Source: Octopus bimaculoides (lineage: Eukaryota). From it: 40,627 nucleotides of DNA. The translations under genes and the position numbers were made by a program. Position 1 is the first letter of the stretch. Each line of letters opens with the position of its first letter. The DNA lies in NCBI RefSeq assembly GCF_001194135.2, contig NC_068986.1:57966168-58006794 (forward strand), written 5' to 3'. Below are positions 1 to 12,829 of the stretch, piece after piece. The notes below the pieces were generated by a model. That model saw only the letters and a list, made by a program, of their open reading frames with translations, had not been told where the DNA came from and did no database searches.

Positions 1-28
<28 letters not shown>
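1..28. repeat. (AG)n microsatellite
   Basis: Direct reading. Confidence 0.95.
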
Positions 29-32
<4 letters not shown>

Positions 33-213
33 GAGGAAACATTTGATCTTGAATTATTTTCGCGAACTTTAGAACCTACTAATGAAATTTAAATAAAAAG
101 TGAGATAGATAAAGCATAACTTATTTTCGTACTCTAAATGGTGTTAGTGTTAGTTCCTTTCTTGCATCAGCGCGCAAGCAAATGCAAATCAGGAAGGTAA
201 AGACATCTCTTAC

Positions 214-420
214 TTGTGAATTGTCCGAATGAAGGCAAGCGTTGTTGAGGATAAGACTGCACAGGTTTCAGTTCAGTCAAGTTGCTAGAAACCACGGAAC
301 CCGAGGGGGAGCCAGTGGTTTCAATGTTGGAACCATTCCTTCTGTTCAGTTGCTGCTTGGATGAAGACTGTGTTGCTGTGAGAGTGTTCGTGGAATTGCC
401 GCCGTTACCACCACTATTGA
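214..420 (-). CDS. Pax2/5/8: 207-nt frame-symmetric (phase 1-1) coding exon, (V)NSGG...LTELKP...RLPSFGQFT
   Basis: Lies in ORF 167..439 and is bounded by tttgtcccctttgacaacag|TC and ACAA|gtaaga. G from the previous exon plus TC gives Val and keeps the frame. Confidence 0.85.
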
Positions 421-944
421 CTGTTGTCAAAGGGGACAAAGCATGCCATGCAAAAAAAGCAGGTATCTTACATGCAGTGCAGAAAGAGGTTTATAGCCAT
501 ATCAGAACAAGATTTTACTTACAAAAAACATATGAAAAACATATATAAATATATGTAAAAAGACGTATTGCATCATAATTCAGTCCAAAATGTTTCACCA
601 CAAAATAATTTCCACAGAAGAAAATATCTTATGATTCCAGCAGATAGTTCAATTTATTAAATTTATTTAATTGCTTTTAAATTTATCATTTCATAATAGA
701 ATGTATCTATGTAAAACTAAATTAATGTCAATATCATGTATCCTCACTCGACGTATTGACTTAAAAAATCCTACCAGAGTTGAATTTATCTTTCACCACC
801 AAGACACCAAAGTGTTGTTATTTTTCCTATTTTTGAAGGTAATTTAATCAGTTAACGCTTTCTATACATATTTATAAGCTTTATCAATAAACTTTAAAAC
901 ATTTTGAAATACCAATTTGAATATATTATTTTGTATTCTTTGAC

Positions 945-1200
945 TTGTTGTAGTCACTGGACTGTAGCCATACTGGAGCACCGCCATGAACAGTTTAGTC
1001 GAACAAATCGACCCCAGTTTTTATTCTGTTTAAGTTTAGTGCTTACTTTATCAGTTTTTTTTGCGGAACCGCTATGCTACGAGAACGTCAATTAGTATGT
1101 GTGCAAAAACAAACACTCACACAGTTTTGCCTGTTCCAAATTTCCTCACGAAGTATTGCTCAGCCTGGACCTGCAATAGGAGACACACACAACACACACC
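945..1200 (-). mobile_element. Octopus-type SINE (3' tail and body)
   Basis: agtcactggactgtagccatactggagcaccgcc...agtcgaacaaatcgacccc...gcggaaccgct matches the reverse complement of an abundant octopus SINE that I recognise from memory. Confidence 0.65.
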
Positions 1201-1217
1201 CGTATATATACGCATAC

Positions 1218-1248
<31 letters not shown>

Positions 1249-3819
1249 CATTATATTCTTGCAAGGGAATATAAAACCGTCTATATACTCGAAATTCTTA
1301 TTAGTACCATGATATAAAATTTCAAAATACTGACATGCAACACACGCGCACACATTATTGTGTTGGAGTACTAGTTGTCATTTAGTCCTCTAGATATCTC
1401 TTCCCCAGCAAACCTTTGATCAAGGACATTAATACCATGACACACCATCTTCTATTCTAGTAGGGTGTGTTTAGTTCTACATTAATCAATGTGTCCTTTT
1501 TCTAAGATAATTTAGTGCAATTTGAGATGTATTTGGCCTTATTTTTAGCAACCATGCAAACACTCTCCTGTCGGCTCGTATTTTAGTGATTTGGAAATTG
1601 TAATTTAACAGTTAAATGCAATTTAATATTCTGTATGCATAAATTAAAACACATTACCCATCTTGTAAATGGCTATTTCTTTCGGCTTATGACAGCAGTG
1701 AACTGAACGAACAGTTATGAGAACCAAAAAATTTACCCCAAAATTAGGATACATTCATGCAAGTTTCACTTCGCAGCAGTGCTACATATGCTATTTTGCT
1801 ATTGCATATCAATATAAAAGAACCTATTTTTAACAATATTACAAGTAATATTTTGTGTACACGAATGCTAAATGAACGCAACAGGTAGACTAACAGAGTT
1901 TAGTGAGTCAGGAAATGCCGCGACTAAAAAGAAAAAGGTAACTTTAAGTACTTGTCTATAAGTGTTCTCCTTTACAATTCATTCATTAACAACTATGTGA
2001 ATCCGTGAATAGAATTTGACGAAACTAATAATAGACTAAATTGGAAAATATTTCGCAAAGTAAATTTGGCGTGAGAAAGAGGAGACTTTTGATGTTTCAT
2101 CGGGTAGGATTCATCATTCGTATGGATATATGATAATGATGTGTTCTAAATCTAATTTTGGATACTACTCTGTTATCTGCTGGAATAATAAGATTATCAA
2201 AGGAAACTCGAAAAAATGCATTTAAAAAGACAACAAAAACATCCTAACTTGTTAGATTTGAAAATATTGTTTATGTAGCAATCATTGAGGTATCAAAGCA
2301 CTAACCTTTAAAAAGGACGATAACCCAAACATGACTAAAAGACAAACTAACACAACGAAGATATTACCTTTCTGACTTTCTACGTAACATTGTAACATTA
2401 TTTCAAGAAGGAATTTAGGTGAATAGAGATCTCAGTTTTGATTTCGTATACTACATCAATTGCTTCTTTAATTTTCTTTAGTCAGAAAGGAAATAATCAT
2501 AAGTTTACGAACAATGTACACTCTTGGGCAAAAAACAGTCAAGAAACATGTTTAAAATAAATTTGTCCATATCACTTTTGTAATTCATTATAAAACTTAT
2601 CTGATAACTAGACTTAAATGTAATAGCTTCATGGTAACGAGATCTTGTTTCCTACACAAAGGCATATTTGTATTTGGCTAAGAAACAAGCTCTGATATGC
2701 AATCCTTGCACGAAATAAGGCAGAGCTGATATTTATATTTGTTAAATCTATCTCAAAGACATTTTGGGATGATATTTAAAACATCTTTCTCCGGTTAAGA
2801 GAGAAATCTTTTATATTCTAAATTACATAAAATAAAATAAAACACAAATAATATGTAGTTTAAAATATGACAACCATTTTGAATTTATCTTCTCAACTCA
2901 AGTATCATCTAATATCAATTTGTATATGATATAATGAATGGTGCACATCAGTTACAAGCTTAACTACTTACTGTTTTATAATATTAATAAATTATGCATT
3001 ATTCTTTGAATTCAATCATTTATTTAATTAGCATAATCATTATAGCTTTCATGGGTCGCTGAATAACTCATTTGAATATTTTTACAAGACAAGAATGGTA
3101 GGCTGGATTTTTTTTCTTTTAAATTTCGAAGTTTGGCGAATTTAATATGTAAATTTTAGAAATTAATGATTGTTTCATTGTTCAGTTTTTACCCAAGAGT
3201 CTTTATACTCAAGTTTAGAATGAATGTATAAGCATGCATTTTTTGATGTAAATACTTTACTCCTTATAAATACATGCTTAAACAGAAAACATAAAATTGG
3301 ATGAATTTTGCTTTTTAATTCAACAACACACAACAACAAGTATTTATAAAGTATATTGATACTTTGTTCGAAAGAATTCTTTTTGCGTCATTTTTGTTGA
3401 TTTTTTTTTCGAACGTAAAATAAAATTATTTTTGCTGTAAAAATATTTGTATCAGTAGATTGAGCAATGTTAGTGCTTCAAATAACTACGTTAAGGATTC
3501 TACTCATAGCTAGCACAAATAATTATGATAATATTAATAAAACCATGCTTCTTTCAATATTTAAAAAAGAATTCTGATGTTATTATTTACACCCCCATAT
3601 ATTTGTGTTTTATTCTTCATGCATTCCCCGCCTCACTTGAAATGATGATTGTGCATTCAAGGTTACGAATATAAATACAAAAATTATACAGCAGAATGAT
3701 AAAATAATGTGACCCATATAACAATGTATTTATCTCTAAATTATGGTGGTGATGGCAACTGGATCAAAGGAATTTTGATTACTGAAATTAATTGTAAATT
3801 GTTTCGGGATTGGTTGTAA

Positions 3820-3823
<4 letters not shown>

Positions 3824-3861
<38 letters not shown>
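3824..3861. repeat. (CT)n microsatellite
   Basis: Direct reading. Confidence 0.9.
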
Positions 3862-3864
<3 letters not shown>

Positions 3865-4835
3865 ACGCACACACACACACTTTTTCAATCACGCGCGTGC
3901 GCACACAAATACAAGTATACAAAATAAAATAATTCGAGTTAATTCTGAGGGAACTATTTATTCTCTAGTATTCGAGAACATCTGCAAAATTCATTCCGAA
4001 ATAGAATACCACCCAACTATCAATATCAACATTAGTATTAAAACTATTGTGATGAGAAAAGAATATTGGTTAAGCTTTCCATGCAATTCACTATTGTAAG
4101 CTCTCCTCCAAATTAGGCCAAAGTATTTTTCTTCATAAAGCGTTGTATAAACAATTTGTCTTTCCTGCACTTTCATAAATGAAACAATTTAAGCCATGTA
4201 CTCTTCATTCCAAAGCACAGAAACACACACGCACACACACACGTAATTAAACTACAAAAATGCCTTTCTATTTTAAGCGCATGCGCTTAAAATGTAAAAC
4301 GTGCGATACAAACACATCATATTCAAGGATGCTCAACACACCTTCCCCGTTCTTTCTCTTTAAACCTATGTTTATGTTCATCATGACATATAAGAAATCG
4401 GGATAGAAAAGTAGAAAGATGCCGCATCGCTCCAAAATGAAGGAAAGACAAACAAAGAACCAAATTTTAAACAAACGACGAGAAAAGTGAGAAGGAAATG
4501 AAAAAAATAATTTTAAAGTCTTGAAGATATAAGGACTCCCAGAGGAGACTCTGGTGCCATGTATTATGGTACATCCAAAAACCACAAAGGGGATGGATAA
4601 AGAGGAACCTATTTCTTTTCTGAGTAATTTTTGTTGTTAGGTGTTTCTCTTTAATTTTGTTTTTGGGAGAGGGAGCGGTGAGGGAATTTTTTCTCTTTTT
4701 ACTTCAATGTCCCTGATCTGCAAGTTGATGGATCTGGCACTGCTGTAGAAGTTACGCTTCACTGCATTTCGAATCAATAGTCGTCTTTTTGATGTAGAGA
4801 TGACTTACATCTTACTACAAGCGTGTAATATAGAG

Positions 4836-4978
4836 AGTGTGTGTGTGTGTGTGTGTGTTTGTGTACACACACACACGCACACTCTACATTACACGGTTGT
4901 AGTAAGATGCATGTATATATATAATTTACCTTATATATATGTGTGTATACACGCACACATCTCACACACACACGTATA

Positions 4979-5009
<31 letters not shown>
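4836..5009. repeat. Compound (TG)n/(CA)n/(TA)n tract
   Basis: Direct reading. Confidence 0.85.
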
Positions 5010-5013
<4 letters not shown>

Positions 5014-5639
5014 CATATACAATGTAATATATAACATGTACATATATTTTCCTATATATATCAAATGACTACTTCGCCAGTATTTATTTACCTCGTCTAA
5101 CTACACATCGACTGTCCGTCCACCCCTCCGCCCAGTCAACACATCTAACCGCCAACAGACAGGCCATAGAGAATAAAAGGAAGGGCACTTGCTATATCTG
5201 TATGTAAGGATTCCTACCTAATAGAAAAGATTTTCAGCTTCAGGAAAGTCTGTTAAAATCATTAAGAATGAAATAATGAACAACAACTGACTTGGCCGAG
5301 CGACCACCCGACGAAGTGGACTGTCAGTATATTATTCTCACTTCCGCCAAACAGGAGAAGATCATTTGCTACTTGTTCTGACACCAAAATATCTTTGGCT
5401 GCCAAGAAAATGAAAGAGGAATTTGATTCTAGTGACAGACAGCTAGATAATTCTTTGGGGTTGTTATTTAGCCTCAAATCAGCTTTGATAAAAGCCATTC
5501 CAGCCATGACTATCTTGCTTTTTTTATATTTCTCACTTAGTGAGTCCGGGACACATTATCCAAATCATATTTCTTACTTTCAGATTGCATAATGTGATTT
5601 AAAATAAAGCAGAAATCGTAATAAATGAGTGTTTCTAAT

Positions 5640-5710
5640 TTAGGCACAAGGCCAGCAAGTTTTTAGGGAGAAGTTAATCGATTAAATCAACCCCGGTACT
5701 TCACCGTGTC
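5640..5710 (-). mobile_element. SINE 3' fragment
   Basis: ggcacaaggccagcaag...tcgattaaatcaacccc is shared with the copies at 12.7, 18.1 and 18.85 kb. Confidence 0.6.
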
Positions 5711-5779
5711 TTTCTTTTGTCATAGGATTGTCTTCTGGGTACCGTTAATGAAGACTTATTTTGATAGTATCAATGTGTC

Positions 5780-7070
5780 TTGGTTTGGCCTACCTCGGAT
5801 ATCGAACAGTTCAACTCTCTATCTTGAAAGAGGCTCGTTGTAGTTACCACAGGCATCAAATAATCGAAATTTGTAAACTAGGGAAGGTACGAACGGTGAT
5901 GATGCTGAGAGAGTCGAAGAACATAGAAATCAGGCATAATCCACCAGATGTAAAAACGGCCAAAAGTGGAAAGCAGAGGCAGAGGCTAGTGACATTCTGT
6001 CATCTCTTAAACACCGAAATATGGTGGGCGCAACGCAAATTCATCGGAAGGGACTTGGTTTCGGCGCAGATTGGTTCAGGCCGTTTGCAAGTATGATGCG
6101 GAGCGAACGCAGATCTGCCGTTAACAACAGTGTCAAAACAAGGGAAACAGAGAGAAGAGAGCTTCATTTGATCCAACAAGAACAGATGCCGAGATGGAAG
6201 GAAAATGTTGCTGAGAGAAAAATAAGTTGGAATAAGATATGGCGGGGGACTACATCTGGGCTACGTTTTCTGATTCGTTCACATTGTGTCTTGCCTACAA
6301 ATCTGGAACGCCTCAGAGAATGATATATGCAAATGCGGAAAGGCCGGAACACTGTAACATATTCTTTCCAACTATTCATTAGCATTGCATAGATATACAT
6401 GGGGACACAACCTGGTCCTTAAGGTTATCTTCAATGCTATAAAGAACCAAATTGCTCTCATCAACAGAGAAAAGCCGATGAAAAAGAAACAATCAGAGAT
6501 TTCGTTATCTTCGTGTGCCCAGAACAGCGGATCCGTTATAAGAAGAAACTTCCTGTGAGTGATGGAAAGTGGAGCGACTATTGGCAGGTGGCTACAGATT
6601 TAGCAGGGTGACAGGGATTCTTTCCCTTTCCAGTTGCGAAAAACTGGATATTATGATGTGGTGTGAAAGAAAGTGGTGAATCTAGTCGAGTTAACGATTC
6701 CTCATGAAGTCAAAATGGACGCCGCTCGGGCTCAAAAGATTGACCGCTATGTAAACCTCCTCGCGGAATGTGAAGACGCAGGCTGGAAAGCGAAGTATTT
6801 TCCACAGTGGGAAAGGCTAGCCACTAGATTTGGTTACAAAGAGACGACGAGCGATGTCTAGAATATTGAGCTTTATTTGATAACTAGTTGATCTAGCAAG
6901 CTGGTTCTCATATCAGTGAGTGTGCAATGATGCCGTCGAGAGGTAGGCTCCGAAACGCATTCTCTCCTGATGGCCCCATACACTTGCTGGCATCCGGTAT
7001 GCAGAGCTTTCGACTGGGAGCACTTACATGTGCAAGTTGTTTGCAAAACATCAGTTGGCTGATGAAAGCA
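5780..7070 (+). mobile_element. Decayed 3' portion of an RLE-type non-LTR retrotransposon (HERO/NeSL-like)
   Basis: Frameshifted motifs occur in the expected order: KLGKVRTVMMLRES..PPDVKT.KWKAE, MVGATQIHRKGLG, WNKIW..LRFLIRS..VLP, Zn-knuckle region GT..HILSNYSLALHRYTWGHNLVLKVI, and restriction-like endonuclease LDIMMW..VNLVELTIPHE..A..K..RY..L..EC..AGW. The ends are approximate. Confidence 0.85.
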
Positions 7071-7169
7071 ACAAAACCATGACTATAGAATATGTTAGAA
7101 TTACTGTTCATCAGAAGTAAAGAGCAGGTTATCTTCAGAAATACTCTTTTTCAAAAATATATTTTGTTC

Positions 7170-7450
7170 ATAAAATCTTTGCAATGACCTATCCTTCCGA
7201 AGAAACTTCCTCAAAGCCGCTCAACCTTCTAAATGGTATTCAAATGTCTTTCATATTTTACTGTACCATCTAAATGACAGAATAGATTCGAGTTACAATG
7301 TTTATTAGAATGTCTTGTATCATAGATCTGGGGCTTAACAACAGCAAATCATTTCAACTGCTATAAAGATTGTGTGTGGGTTGCCAAATTACTGGTAAGC
7401 ATAAAGAATTTTTGTCTTCCGAAATCGCTCAGGGAATATTTATTCACCAT
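7170..7450 (-). mobile_element. Possible very old mariner C-terminal fragment
   Basis: Minus-strand LATHT..SNLFCHLDG..VERL..FF loosely resembles ARPHT..YHLFRSL..VE..L..FF. The similarity is weak. Confidence 0.2.
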
Positions 7451-8499
7451 GCTCTCATTCTTGAGTAAAAGGTAAAATTATTACTAAATTTGTAACATAT
7501 CAAAAGATCACAAATAGTTCTTTCTGCCACTTACTTTGGCACCGAAACTCAGCAGGAGAAACGAGATCAAGAGATAATATTCTTATACATATTCGGGCTG
7601 TTAAAGAAGTCACATATTTACAAATTCAAGAAATGTTTATTAGAAATGTACAGAAACTGTAACACTGAAGGTGGCGAAATGTAGTGTTAAGATCCCACAT
7701 CTGAACATCCGCAACTCGATACAGTATCATTTGCGAACAATTATACGATTTTCTACAAAGACACATCAAGGTCACGAATGTAATTTTGAAAGATAATTTC
7801 TGATATTGCCAAAACTTACTACTCCTTTATCTTGCTCTTATTTGACAAGAAGACTCTTTAGGTTAGGAAATAAACTTAAACACACATTATTGCCATTCTT
7901 ATCGTGTAAATAATCTACACCGCTTTCGTCAGAATTTATTTAATAGTAACTCGTTTCTACAGTTCTATTTTCTAAGTTGTCTGCAAAAGCTATGTGGTTA
8001 TCAAGCTTCAGAGACTTTACATTCAATATTACTTGCAAAGAAAACGATGAAAATTCGAGCCAAGATCAACATCTTCGTTGAACAATTGACTGTAAAATCG
8101 CTCTCATTTTCAGGGATTTACCAGATTAGAGCCAAAAGAGAAAAATGTTAGTTTACTATAACAATCGATATGTAACTCCTCTAAAATTTATGTAACCCTA
8201 ATAAAGATTGCAAGTTCAATTCAAAGGATACAGATATGTACCACCGAAGAATATACGTATAGTAGAAATAGAAACAATTATATGAAATAGTCTGATCGAT
8301 TTAGACTTTTAATCTTCCATCCTACACGGAATCATAACTATTGATTTCTTATAATAGATGATGCATTTTCAAAAGGGAGTGGTTTTATAACCATTAAGAA
8401 ATCACATCCAATTCCCTCAAACAATTTCCTTTATGGCACTCACCATCAACAATAATCATTATTGATGAATAGATATCTGTTAATTATTGTTGTAATTAT

Positions 8500-8660
8500 T
8501 AAATAAGGAAGGACAGAGACCAGCAGAGGATGCTTCGACTATTCATTTTATTGAACCCAGCAGGATTTAATTCAAAGTTGGTCCCGGTGGAATTTGAACG
8601 CAAAAAGTTTTCATAACAAACTTGACAAGCGCTGAAATATTTGGCTATCTACACCACCTT
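8500..8660 (-). mobile_element. Degenerate SINE
   Basis: ttattgaacccagcagg...ggtggaatttgaacgc resembles the 18.85 kb copy and includes a reverse B-box-like motif. Confidence 0.45.
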
Positions 8661-11461
8661 GTGTTTTAATTATAAACATCTTTTATCATTTATTTTTGTG
8701 CCATAAAGTTTGCATCAAATGAATTTCATCTTTTTATGAGTCTGATTTTTCAAAAGATTATATTCCCGTATGTTTTAATTGCTTAAAATAAAAAAGCAAA
8801 GTTTAATGTACTTGTTGTGTCTCCCACCACAACACCCTCCTCTCTCATATTCTCAATCTAACTGTTTAACCCATCACCATATGTCTGGCAATTTTTTAAA
8901 ACTATTTTCTTTATCTTTTTTTTTTTTGCGTCAAACATTTGGTGTTAACGCTATCATCACACTAATTTTTGTTGCTGCTTCTTTATTCCTTTTAATCTGC
9001 CACGAAGCTCATTACTAATTCAGTTTCAACACTTTCAAGAAATCAAAATGAAAACTGTTAAATTCCAGAGGCTCACTTAATTATTTTGAGGAACGGGTTA
9101 ATGCAGGGTACATTTATGTAGCTTGAGGGTGGTGCTATGTAAGATATAATTCTTGCTTTTTTTTTTTTTGTAAATAGATTAAAATAGAAGATGACTAATT
9201 AGTATTAATAAAATAGTTTGGAAAGAACAAGAACAAATGCATTACTTCATTAAACCGTTCCATTGTATCTATATATATATCAGCAGCAGCATCATTAACA
9301 TTAAAAAAAAGTTACTCTTGATACTCGATGACATTAGAGTGGATCTGCTTCCAGTTTGACAAGTTTCTTATATCTGGTACCTCCAAAAGGTATATCTGGT
9401 ATTCCCAAAAGCCAAGTAAACTGAATGCAGTAAGGTTTACTGAAGAGAAACCCAAGAAAGTGCTATGTTATTAGCTAAGCGCTTTTTCCGACTATACAAT
9501 CGGTGCACAAGAAGTAACTTGTTATCGCTAAGGAATTGAAGCTATGTCGCGAACTACTAACCATCGATAGATTGTTTGTTCTACCTTGCTCACGACTCCG
9601 TCAATAATAATGACAACTACTGCAATTTGAAAAAGATGTAGTCAAGAAAATAAATCTAATTACTTCAGAAAATATAGAGTGGTATTATTAGATGAAACTT
9701 TGCCCGAAACGGTCTCGTATCTCTAGGCGAGAAGTCTACTTGAATGTATTCCATGACTAATATACTCCCACACTTTGAAAAATAAATAGCATGCATGTGA
9801 AAAAGCACATTAAATAACAAGGACAAGAAGAAGAAAGAGAAGATTATGTTTTCGTGTTAGATTAGTTTGTAATGTGTAGTTACAGGCCTGCTGCGTTAAT
9901 TTGATTTAAGAAATCCCTGTAGCTGAAACTTTGTTGTTCGCAAATAAATAGAAAACATTTTTAGCAATGTTGTATTATTTGAGAAGAATAGCTCGGAAAG
10001 AAAAGAGGCAAGAATAGGAGAGAGAAAAAGATATAATTTTAAAACGGAGTAACGAGAAAAAGAAGTAGCTTTAAGAAGTTGTAAGCTAATCAGATTGACG
10101 TTAAAGTTTCACCTGCCAGGGATTCCATTAACCAAAAACAGCTCTGTTTATTTTTTAAAGATAGGTGACATTATTTCATTATCCTCCAATAAGATATGTA
10201 AAATCTTGCTGTGAAACAATTTGGAACACTCAAAACTATTGTTACTCAATAGATTTTCTGATATGTACAATTGTATGAGCACGCATAAATATATGTTCAT
10301 TTATTGATATTCTTTAATGAGAAATTAGATTTTTTCATATGCACCTATTCTACAATAAGAAGCTTCATTTTTCAGTATGTTACCCTACAAACGTATTCAT
10401 TAATTTCCAACCGTATTGTTCCCTTCTAAGAGCAGAGAGTATACTGAATGCTTTACTCAAGCCAGTTCTCCACCGTAAGAGATCAAATTTTATTATAGTC
10501 AGTCATACATTTTAGCTATTTTGTGTAAAAAAAATTATAGAAATATTCAATCACTGCTGGGTGATAAGATGTGGTGCAGCCTTAAGTCGAACAATACGCT
10601 GCAGCTTGAAGAAGTACAGTAATGACGTAAGATTTCAGTGCATTCTTTTTTTAATCACATTCGACCAAAGATCATTTTAGTTTATTCTCGTTTTAAATTG
10701 CTTTATTAAGACGAAATCATTCGCTGTGTTCCAGCGGCTTAGGATTTTAGAAGGTCTTGTTTTCGAAGAAAAATGGATTACAAGAATATATTGAAATACC
10801 CTTAACTTATTCAACAACACTCCACGGAATGAAGTAATTATAAAAGCAGAGAAAGCTATAAATTATGATACAATTATGGTAGAAAGTAAAGCAAAAACAG
10901 TTAAACTTGGAAGAAAAATTGTTTAGAAATTTATAAAATAGAGAGAAGTCATAATGCATAGATATATTTGTCTTTGGGGAAGAAGAAGAATAGAAAGAAG
11001 GAAAAAAGTAACTCGTTCAAAGAATATAATAATTGACTTTGGAATATACATAATAGAATTAAATCAGTTACATACAAGCAAACGAAAAAAGTAATCTGCA
11101 GTATCTAGGTACATATTTCCCGAAAGAATATTTTGTGGTCACGGTCACTGCTGTAGCATGGTTCTAACGGAGGGATTTTCGGTAGGAATTATTGGTGATT
11201 AAAGATTTTATATTCAGTAATGCAAACGAGGTGGGTGTAGGATTAATTCATACTACTGACATCACCAAGCCAATACATAAATGTTAGGCAATACATAAAT
11301 GTTACATAAATGGTTGCTTTCGAAGCAGACTATGCGACAAAGATCTACAAGATTTTGGATTGAAAAAAAAAGAAAGAACTGTTATTGGAGAGATTACTTT
11401 TCGTTATTGTTGTCGCTTTCGCGTCCCTATGCTAGAAAAGTGAAAAGTTTGCTGTACATAC

Positions 11462-11723
11462 CAACAGGAGGGCTGTAATTGGAACCTGTGTGTGCTTCAA
11501 CGCCGCCGCCGGGTGAGGTCAAGGACCCAGGTAATGGTATTTCTTGTTTGATACTTTGATATTCTTTTTGTCCATCGTTTGCTGAGGTATTTGTGACAAA
11601 AGTGTTGAAAGGTGCTGGATAAACCGAATAATTCTGGCCGTTTGAGTTCAATTCTCTTGAGCTTGCGTCAATGCGAGAGAGTTTAGTTGGTACTATATGA
11701 TGTTCTGGAGAGTATATCATCTG
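11462..11723 (-). CDS. Pax2/5/8: Coding exon (Q)MIYSPEHH...IKQE...NYSPPV
   Basis: Lies in ORF 11427..11753 and is bounded by aatgtttttcag|cag|ATG and GTTG|gtatgt. It encodes 86 codons plus 1 nt from the ATG. The Ser/Pro/Thr-rich composition and IKQE motif fit a transcription-factor activation region. Confidence 0.85.
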
Positions 11724-12449
11724 CTGAAAAACATTGAAATAATGAAATACCATTAAAAGTGATAAGAATATATGTTAGCAGCTTCAAAATCTATCACATT
11801 TCTGTTTGCAACATCCATATGAAATGGCGTTCAGTTGCTTCATTATTCTTATCATCACTTCGTTATTTAGTGCTTACTAAAGGAACATTGGTGATATTCA
11901 TGTTTGCTTTATATCAAAGCATGTGATGTTATCGACAGAGCTTTCATTCACATTGTCACTCAACTGGCAAGAAATAGTAGACAAAATCTCCCTCATACTA
12001 CATTCCACTGTTTTATAGCGTGTTGCATTGTGCTGTGTGTAAAAACAATCATCAGAAACTTATTTATTGCACAAAAATTGTTAACGTGAAATTCGTAGTA
12101 AAAAAAAAAAAATAACTGTCTGCTATACTTAGAAATCCTGTTGTGCTAGAAATTCTGAAACGGTTTCGATTGTTTTGGCATTTCTCTCAGAGCCACCATA
12201 ATTTTGGGCACTTATCTCAAAAAATAAGAAACAGCTAGCAAAATGCATGATTTAGTCTTCTATTATACGCCTATTTCGAATGATCGTATCTAATTTTTGT
12301 GTATGGTGTAGCATTTTACTTCATGTACTGACTGGATGCTTTGATACATGCACATATGCAAACGCTTCAGAATATAACATTGCGGGTAAATAACAGATTT
12401 TAAATTGGAGTAAAAATAAAGACCTGTATGTAAGAGGATAAAACAATAT

Positions 12450-12451
<2 letters not shown>

Positions 12452-12524
<73 letters not shown>
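12452..12524. repeat. (TG)n microsatellite
   Basis: Direct reading. Confidence 0.95.
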
Positions 12525-12529
<5 letters not shown>

Positions 12530-12695
12530 GTTTCTCAAAAGCATTATACACTCTGTACAGAAAGAACGTACCTCGTGCTTAATTATATGTGCTAGTTAAA
12601 ATCGAAACATAAAAATACAACAATGATGTAAAAAGCCATAAGAAACATGGAAGTCATTTTTATCTCACGCTCCAACGATACATTTTGCTCTAATT

Positions 12696-12805
12696 TAGGC
12701 CCCAGGCCAGCAATTTTCCAGAGGAAGCAGTTAGTCGATTACATCGTCTCCAGTTCTTTACTAGTGCAGTATATTATCAACCCCGGAAGTACGAAGGGCA
12801 CCATG
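12696..12805 (-). mobile_element. SINE fragment, left member of an inverted pair
   Basis: caggccagcaatttt...agtcgattacatcg...ttatcaaccccggaag. Confidence 0.65.
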
Positions 12806-12829
12806 GACATCAACAGATCCGTTGATTGA

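Noticed and set aside
282-548. Plus-strand 88-aa ORF
   Set aside because: It is the antisense shadow of the real minus-strand exon.
5262-5592. Opposing short ORFs
   Set aside because: They overlap a repeat fragment (gccattccagccatgac, similar to the one near 1430) and have no compatible splice sites or homology.
6920-7070. Hammerhead-like words (tgatg...cgaaac, ctgatga) in the retroelement 3' UTR; similar words at 9700 and 25440
   Set aside because: The CUGAUGA core, GAAA and three stems cannot be assembled in a valid topology.
11271-11312. Short tandem duplication caatacataaatgtta x2.5 (a similar one is near 9370)
   Set aside because: It is ordinary slippage duplication with no functional cue.
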